Both the position numbers and the translations under genes were made by a program. The notes beneath the pieces were generated by a model. It made no database searches, had not been told where the DNA came from, and saw only the letters and a list, made by a program, of their open reading frames with translations. This document shows, one piece after another, positions 56,980-64,000 of a DNA stretch of 64,000 bases (its first letter is position 1; each line of letters begins with the position of its first letter). Location of the stretch: contig CAWKHF010000012.1 in the NCBI GenBank assembly GCA_963849325.1, positions 448,001 to 512,000 on the forward strand, read 5' to 3'. Origin of the DNA: an uncultured Planctomycetota bacterium. GTDB lineage: Bacteria; Planctomycetota; Planctomycetia; Gemmatales; Gemmataceae.

Positions 56980-59516
56980 ATGCAAAAAAATTACCTCCTG
57001 TTCTTCGTGCTGTCCGCACTGATCTTCCTCGGCTGGATGGCCCTGGCCCAGTACATCTGGCCGCCTCCCCCTCGGCCCGAGCACGCCGAAGTCGCCAAGG
57101 GCGACACCGGCAAGAAGACCGACGAGAAGAAGGCCGACGACGCGAAGAAGGTCGCGGACAAAAAGGCCGACGACAAGAAGAACGGCAAGAAAGCCGACGA
57201 GAAGAAGGCCGAGCCGCCCGTCGCCGCCAACATTTCCCTGCTGCCGCCGACGCCGCCGGACAAGCTCGTCACCCTCGGCGAGAAGGAACGCGGACTCGAA
57301 GTTCCACCTCGCGTGGTCCTCGATCCGCGTGGGGCGAGCGTGCTAAGCGTGCTGCTCAACAAGTTCCAGGCCGCCAATGACCTGGGCCGGCCCGCCTGGC
57401 ACAATGATGAAAAGACCGAGCCGCGCCTGCTGGAACTGGTGCCGGCGGGACCTGAACATCCGCTCGCCTTCGTTCCTCTTCTATGCCTTCGACGTCAACG
57501 ATCCCACCGACGACAAGCCGCTCGACACGCTCGGACGGATCAACTGGACCGTCCTCGACAAAAAGACCGAGGAAACGCTGGACGACGGCCGCCGCCGCGA
57601 GTCAGTGTCGTTCGAGGCCCGGACGCAGGGTGTGATCGTCACCAAGACGTACACGCTGACCGAGGGCGAGTACCACGTCGGCCTGGAAGTGAAGATGCGC
57701 GCAAGGCCGGAACGTCGGGCAAGGCGGTGACGTTCCGTTACCAGATGACGGGAGCGCACGGTCTGCCGGTCGAAGGCAAGTGGTACACGAGCATCTTCCG
57801 CAACGCCCTGATCGCCCGCGTCGATAAGGACGGCAACGTCGGCCGCGATCTGCAAGACCTGCGGCAAATCAGCCACTGGGGCGGCGGCAACGAGGTCCGC
57901 AAGGAGGAGAACAGCGTCCATCGCCTACGCCGGCGTGGCCAACCAATATTTCGCCTCGGTCATCGTGGTCGACAACAACCAGAAACAGCGGGGCTTACTC
58001 CGGCAAGCCCGGCCGACGCTGGAGACGGCCCTGACCAAGGGCGTCGTCAAGAGCGTGGCCGCCGATACTTCCAGCTTCGTCCTGAAAACGGCCAGCGGGG
58101 CGGAAGAGACGTTTTACGTGCCCGAGGAGGAACGCTTGCAGTTTCGCGGGCTGGCCAAGGACGCTCACATCGCCGTCCTGCACCACACCGGCTCCTTACA
58201 ACGAAAAGGCCCGCGAATATCCCGAGGTCGCCACCGACTTCTACCCCGAAGACGCCCTCCCCGCGCTGTGGGTGGATGACATCACGGTTCGCGTCTCCAC
58301 CGAGCCGGTCGAGCTGAAGGGCGATACGGAGGTCGTCCACAAGTATCTGCTCTACAACGGGCCGGTGAAGGTCAACCAGCTCTCCGGCCCTCCCGGCCTG
58401 GGACAGAAGCCCCTTGAAGAGGCGGCGTGGACCCGGCCCTGGTCCAGCGCTATCACGACGACCTGCACCTCAACACGCTGACCGATTACCACTCGCCCGG
58501 AGCGATGGGCCGCTTCGCCAGCGCCATCTACTGGACCGCCCTGGTCATCAAGTGCACCAACCTCATGCACGGGGTCCTCGCTTACATCCACGCCGTTATC
58601 CCCAGCTACGGCCTGTGCATCATCGTGCTGACGGTATTGGTCCGCGGCATGATGTTCCCGCTCAGCCGCAAGCAGGCGATGATGAGCTTGCGCATGCAGC
58701 AGCTGGCCCCCGAGCTGAAGAAATTGCAGGAGAAGTACAAGGATGATCGCCAGGCGCTGGGCATGGCGCAGATGGAGTTGTATCGCAAGCACGGCGTCAA
58801 TCCGTTCGGCAGCTGCTGGGTGCTGTTGTTGCAGATGCCGATCTTCATGGGCCTGTACTTCGCCTTGCAGGAGAGCATTCACTTCCGCTTGGCCGAATTC
58901 TGGCCGACGTGGATCACCAATCTGGCCGCGCCGGACATGCTGTTTAGCTGGAGCCAGCGCATCCCCTACATCAGCCGCGTTGAGGATTACGGCTCGTTCT
59001 TCTACCTGGGTCCGTACTTCAACCTTCTGCCGGTCATCGCCGTGGCCCTGATGATCGTGCAGCAGAAGATGATGACGCCGCCGCCGACCGACGAGCAGCA
59101 GGCGATGCAGCAGAAGATGATGAAGTACATGATGGTGTTCTTCGGCCTGATGTTCTACAAGGTGGCGGCTGGCCTGTGCCTGTACTTCATCGCCAGCAGC
59201 GTGTGGGGCTTCTGCGAGCGCAAGCTGCTGCCCAAGAAGAAGCCCGTCGTCGGAGAAATCTCCACGGAGGGTTACTTCCAGAAACTTCTCCGCCGGGCGC
59301 AGGGCGAACAGGTAACGCCGGCCCCTGTCGGTGTGACCGCGAGCAATGGCGGTCGGCTGGGCGGCAAGCGCGGCAAGAACAAACGCCGTCCGGGTCCGGC
59401 GCATGGGATCGGAGTCCGAGTCGGATACCGCTTCCGTACTGGGTCGATGGCGGAAGCGTCTGCGCGACTGGTGGATCACCGTGCTCAAGGAGGCCGAGAA
59501 GAAGAATCGCGGTTGA
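56980..59516 (+). CDS. yidC: Membrane protein insertase YidC with a large periplasmic domain (several frameshifts)
   Basis: YGLCIIVLTVLVRG, MQQLAPELKKLQEKY, LQMPIFMGLY, GLCLYF; upstream of mnmE. Confidence 0.92.
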
Positions 59517-59519
59517 ACT

Positions 59520-59590
59520 CCCGGTTAGCCGCGACGCGCAGCGGAGCGCGGGACAGCCCCGCGCTCCGCTGCGCATCGCGGCTAACCGGG
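59520..59590. repeat. REP-like palindrome
   Basis: CCGGTTAGCCGCGACGCGCAGCGGAGCGCGG / reverse complement. Confidence 0.85.
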
Positions 59591-59617
59591 CGCCTCATGA
59601 TCCATGAGGTTCCCCCT

Positions 59618-61302
59618 ATGCGTATCTTGCTTGTAATCGCCCTGGCGACGCTTCTTCTCGCGGTCGTGCCGGGCGCCGCGCAGAACACCGAGTCGTTGCA
59701 ATACCAGGTCGAGATCGACAAGGACGAGACCACCAAGGGAAACAAGGTCTTCGCTTCGTTCCGCCAGCGCCACGGCAAACAGGCGCTGTACGTCACGGTG
59801 CAATTCAAGGTGCTGCGCGACGCCGACGGCAACCTGGCCACCGACGTGGACAAGGACGACATCGTCATCCGCGAGGACGGCAAGAAGGTCGAGGAGCTGG
59901 AAATCCTGCTGCCGCGGACGGCCCTGACGACGGTGCTGGCCATGGACGTCAGCGGCAGCATGGCGAACCCCAGTGGAGCCAGCGGCATCAAGAAGATCGA
60001 CGAGGCCAAAAAGGCGGCCGGCATTTTCCTCGATCACCTCAGCACCAAATCGGAAACCGGCCTGATCCTGTTCGACCACCTGATGCGCGTCAAGGAACCG
60101 CCGCTGCGCGACGCCGGGCAGTACCGCGAACACCGCCGCAAGGTCCGCGAGCTGATCGACGCCGCTCGGCCGATGGGCGGCACGGCTTACCTGGACGCCG
60201 CCGCCCTGGGCGTGGAGATGCTCAAGGGCATCGACGGCCGCCGGGCCGTGCTCATCATGACCGACGGCGTGGACATGAACAGCCGGAGGACGCTGGCCGA
60301 GGTCATCAAGCTGGCCACCGTCAACCAGGTGCCGGTCTACACGCTGGGCATCGGCGAGCTGGGCAAGTACAAGAACGTGACGACGGTGCTGGTCCTCGAT
60401 CACTCCGGCAGCATGCGCGGCAAGGCCGACGCCACCGACAAGCACTCCAAGATCGAGGCGCTGCGCACGGCCGCCTCGCGCTTCGTGGAGCTGATGCGGC
60501 GCAACGCGCAGACGACGCTGCTGCCATTCAGCAGCGAGGTCGAGGTGCCGGCCCCGTTCAGCGACGACAAGCGTGTGCTGCTGCGAGCGCATCAAGCAAT
60601 TGCAGCCGGAGGGCGGCACGCTGCTGTACGATGCCACCTATGCCGGCCTGGAAACGCTCGCCGCCGCTCGATCGCAACGGCCGCAACGCCGTCGTCGTGC
60701 TGACCGACGGCAAGGACGAGGCGCCCGGCAGTCGCACGTCCGATCGGCTGGTTATCGAGCGGGCCAAGGAATTGAAGGTGCCGCTGTACATGCTCGGCCT
60801 GGGCCGGCCCGAGGAGATCAACGAGGGCGTCATGCAGCGCATGGCGACCGAGACCGGCGGCAAGTATTTCCACGCCGGCAGCGAGCAACGGCTGTTCGAG
60901 ATCTTCGAGAAGCTGTCGATCGACCTGCACGACGACGGCATCAACGAGAAGGAGCTGCGCACGCTGGCCGACAAGACGGGCGGCAAGTTCTTCTGGGCCC
61001 GCGACGCCTCCAAGCTGCCGCGCTTCTTCGAGGAGCTGGCGACCGAGCTGCAATCGACGTACACCGTGACGTTCCCGAGTCGGCGTTCCAGCCACGACGG
61101 CACCGCCCGCGGCATCGACATCAGCATCGAGCGCAACGGTGTGCGGCTCAGCAACGTCGGCTCGGCGGACTACAACGTCCACGGCGTTGTTGTACCGGAG
61201 ATGGACTATCGTATTTATCTGGTCTTTCTGGCGCTGCTGGGCGTGTTCCTCCTCGCCCCGACGGGCGTTCGCCGGCTGTATCGTCTGTATGGCGGATCGT
61301 GA
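59618..61302 (+). CDS. Exported double VWA-domain protein with C-terminal TM anchor (frameshifts near 60585 and 60660)
   Basis: Two MIDAS motifs (DVSGSM, DHSGSM), GGTAYLDA/GGTLLYDA, MTDG/LTDG, TGGK repeats. Confidence 0.85.
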
Positions 61303-61326
61303 CAGCCGCTTTCGGCCCCTCGAACC

Positions 61327-62648
61327 ATGCATACCCGCGATACCATCACGGCCCTGTCCACCGCGTCCGGCCCCGGCGGCTCGGGCGATTGTCCGCGTCA
61401 GTGGTCCGACGGCCGTCGCCGTAATTTCGCCGCTGTTCGCGGCGGCTCAGCCTTTCGTCGCCGGCCGGCGCGGCCTGCTCTCGGGACACCTGCGCCTGCC
61501 CGACCTGGCCCCTCTCCCGCCGACGTGTACTACTGGGCCGCGCCGCACAGCTACACCGGAGAGGATCTGGCCGAGATTCACTTGCTCTCGTGCCCGCCCT
61601 TGCTGGAGCTGCTGATCGCGCAGCTTCTCCAGGCCGGTTGTCGGGCCGCTCGGCCGGGCGAGTTCACTCTGCGCGCGTTTCTCGCCGGCAAGCTCGATCT
61701 GACCCGCGCCGAGGCCGTCCATGCCGTCATCGAGTCCGGCTCGCGCGACGAGCTGAAACAGGCGCTCAAGCAGCTCGCCGGCGGCATGGCCCGGCCGCTG
61801 CACGAGCTGCGCGATGACCTGCTCAACCTCCTCGCCGACGTCGAAGCGGGACTTGATTTCGCCGATGAGGACATCTCTTTCGTTCGGCCGGAGGACATGC
61901 TGCAACGACTGGGCAAGGCCCTGGCGCAGGTCACGCTGCTGGGCAAGCAACTGGACCAGCGCGGCCTCGCCGACCGCGTCTTTCGGGCCGTGCTGACGGG
62001 TCGGCCCAACGCCGGCAAGAGCAGCCTGTTCAACGCCCTGGCCGGCGCCGACGCCCTGGTCAACTCGCAGCCGGGCACCACGCGGGATTATCTCGTCCGG
62101 CGTCTCGATCTCGGCGGTGCCCGCGTCGAACTGATCGATACACCCGGCTGGCAGATGGAGACCAGCACCATTGACAGCCAGGCGCAGACGCTGGCGCGCG
62201 AACAGGCCGAGAGCGCCGACTTGCTTCTGCTGTGCCTGGAATCCGGTCAGCCGGTGGCGCCGGAAGAGGAAACGATCGCTCGACAGTCGCATCCGCCGGT
62301 CGTCGCCATCGCCACCAAATGCGACCAGGCGCCGGCCCTCGCCGGCCTCCTGGCCACCAGCGCGGTCACGGGCGCCGGCCTCGCGTCTCTGCGGACGCTG
62401 CTGGGCGAACATGCCCGCCGCTACCAGCAGCCGGCCCTGGCGCCGAGCCTCAGCCGCTGCCGCCATCACGTCGAGGCGTGCCTGGAACAACTGCGCCGCG
62501 CGCACCGCATCGTCCTCTTCGACGAGCCGCCCGAACTACTCGCCCTGGAGGTGCGCGGGCGCTGGAACAACTTGGCGAGATGGTCGGCACCGTCTACACG
62601 GACGATCTGCTCGATCGCATTTTCAGCCGCTTCTGCATCGGCAAATAA
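61327..62648 (+). CDS. mnmE: tRNA modification GTPase MnmE (frameshifts)
   Basis: DTITALST, SYTGED, GEFTLRAFLAGKLDL, GRPNAGKS, GTTRD, DTPG, FSRFCIGK*. Confidence 0.95.
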
Positions 62649-62716
62649 CCCCCGTAACAAAATCTCGCCGCCCCGAAACCGCGATGGCATCCCTTGGAGG
62701 TCGGTGTAGGCATCGG

Positions 62717-62789
62717 TGTAGGGTGGGTCGAGTGGAACGAGGCCCACCGCCTGCCGCGGTGGGCCTCGTTCCACTCGACCCACCCTACA
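62717..62789. repeat. GTAG-type REP doublet
   Basis: TGTAGGGTGGGTCGAGTGGAACGAGGCCCACC ... reverse complement ending CCCTACA. Confidence 0.88.
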
Positions 62790-62872
62790 AATCCACCATT
62801 CGCTCAGTCACCCCTCCATTCTTCGCCGTTCGCCGTTCCCGTGGAAAATATTTTCTCTTGACACCAAGAGCC

Positions 62873-63308
62873 TTATGACGGTGCGGCGGGTACGGCGTTT
62901 GGCGTGAAAACTCCCGCAACCGCATCGAGCGACACGCCTATCAACCGCGCCAAACCCAACGCTTGCACCACTACGAAGAATGCCGAACTCGGGTCGAACG
63001 GGTCCAGAGGTTCGGTCGCGTTGTACATGGCCTGACAGCACGACTCTTCGAGGGCGTACTGGCCGGATTCTCATTCGATCCCCACCCTCCATAGCTGCAA
63101 GCAACCGATGCCGAACCTCGTCGAACACAGCATGCCCGGCCGACCAGTGGCTGGGAGTGGCGGCCAGCTCCGCGACGCAGGCGTGACTCTCGGCGTCCGG
63201 CAGACGCCCCGCGAACACGCGGAGCAGGGCGACGATGTGTCCACCCATCTGACGTTCGTATGGGCCGGGGTGGCTCTCCGGAAACCTGTAGATGTTGGGG
63301 AACCCCAC
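62873..63308 (-). CDS. Hypothetical protein (frameshift near 63060)
   Basis: GGAGG RBS before GTG; shifted frame continues QYALEESCCQAMYNATEPLDPFDP..*. Confidence 0.55.
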
Positions 63309-63801
63309 TGCGCCCTCCGCCTCTTTCGTCGAACTACTGTTTAGTCGTTTAAACCACTTCGTAGATCGCCATTAGGCGGGGAACGGGACAAGGCCGTCCT
63401 CCCTACATTTGCTTGGGCGATCGGTCGCGGCCCTTGCCGCATTCGTGGTGGCTGGACCTTCACGGTCTCCCGGCTGATTCGTCGGAGTCGGGGCGTCTCG
63501 CGGCTTCCTTCGTGGTGGTCCCTCGTGGACCCCGTTCGGAAGTTTGCCCTTCCTCACCCCACGATACGCCCCCGCCGGCCTCCCACGGTTGACCCACGAA
63601 CTCCTCTATTCTGAAGGCTACCATGTCCCGGCACAAGCACAAAAACAGCCTCGTCCGCCCCAACGCCACTTCGCCACTTCGTCACCCCCTTTTGAACACG
63701 AATCGTCTGGTTTCCGGGCGGCGGCGCGGATAAAATGAGGATGTGGGACAACCCCATAGCCCCGCGCCGCACTGATGGGCTTGATAACGGCGCCGGAAAG
63801 G

Positions 63802-64000
63802 ATGAGTGATGTCAAACTGCGTCAGGCCATCGCGCTCGAAGCCGCCCGCCTGATGTACGAACGAGTCGAGTCCGAATACTTCACCGCCAAACGCAAGGCC
63901 GCCAAGCGACTGTGCCGCCGCGGCGTCAAACCCGAAGACCTCCCCTCCAACGCCGAAATCCGCGAGCAGATCCAGCTCTTCGCCCGCATCCACGAAGGCG
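63802..64000 (+). CDS. 5' part of a conserved protein (HD-domain/nucleotidyltransferase-associated), truncated by window edge
   Basis: MSDVKLRQAIALEAARLMYERVESEYFTAKRKAAKRL..DLPSNAEIRE; not in the ORF track. Confidence 0.65.
   Translation, partial: MSDVKLRQAIALEAARLMYERVESEYFTAKRKAAKRLCRRGVKPEDLPSNAEIREQIQLFARIHEG

Noticed and set aside
58427-60703. YidC-VWA fusion suggested by the ORF track
   Set aside because: A frameshift near 59450 bypasses the likely YidC end (WWITVLKEAEKKNRG* at 59516) and reads through a REP. The VWA gene has its own ATG and signal peptide at 59618.

Overview
High-GC bacterial chromosomal segment, most likely Planctomycetota (Gemmataceae-like), judged from DUF1559, DUF1501, CRTAC1/ASPIC, CHAT-TPR and prenyltransferase-repeat proteins. 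It mixes core genes (frr, pyrH, lpxB, yidC, mnmE), two nucleotide-sugar clusters, a PMCA-type Ca2+ ATPase, cbiQO, a lactate permease and two paralogous DUF104-VapC toxin-antitoxin modules. Many genes, including essential ones, carry small frameshifts, which looks like long-read assembly error, so boundaries were stitched by hand. No rRNA, tRNA, CRISPR array or transposase was recognised. The main finding is a frameshift-hidden bacterial homologue of eukaryotic HPF1 (histone PARylation factor 1, DUF2228) at 39703-40638 with the catalytic Glu apparently kept and no PARP in the window. Others: inverted heptamer arrays (TAGGGAA)n...(TTCCCTA)n that supply stop codons, including a perfect 80-bp palindrome; 16 REP-like palindromes; a DUF1559 pair with a Y-X9-DG motif and conserved structured leaders; an ACP/alpha-oxoamine synthase/DUF6134 locus; and an apparently inactive subtilase with an 8-mer repeat in its signal peptide. 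All family calls are by eye, without database searches.
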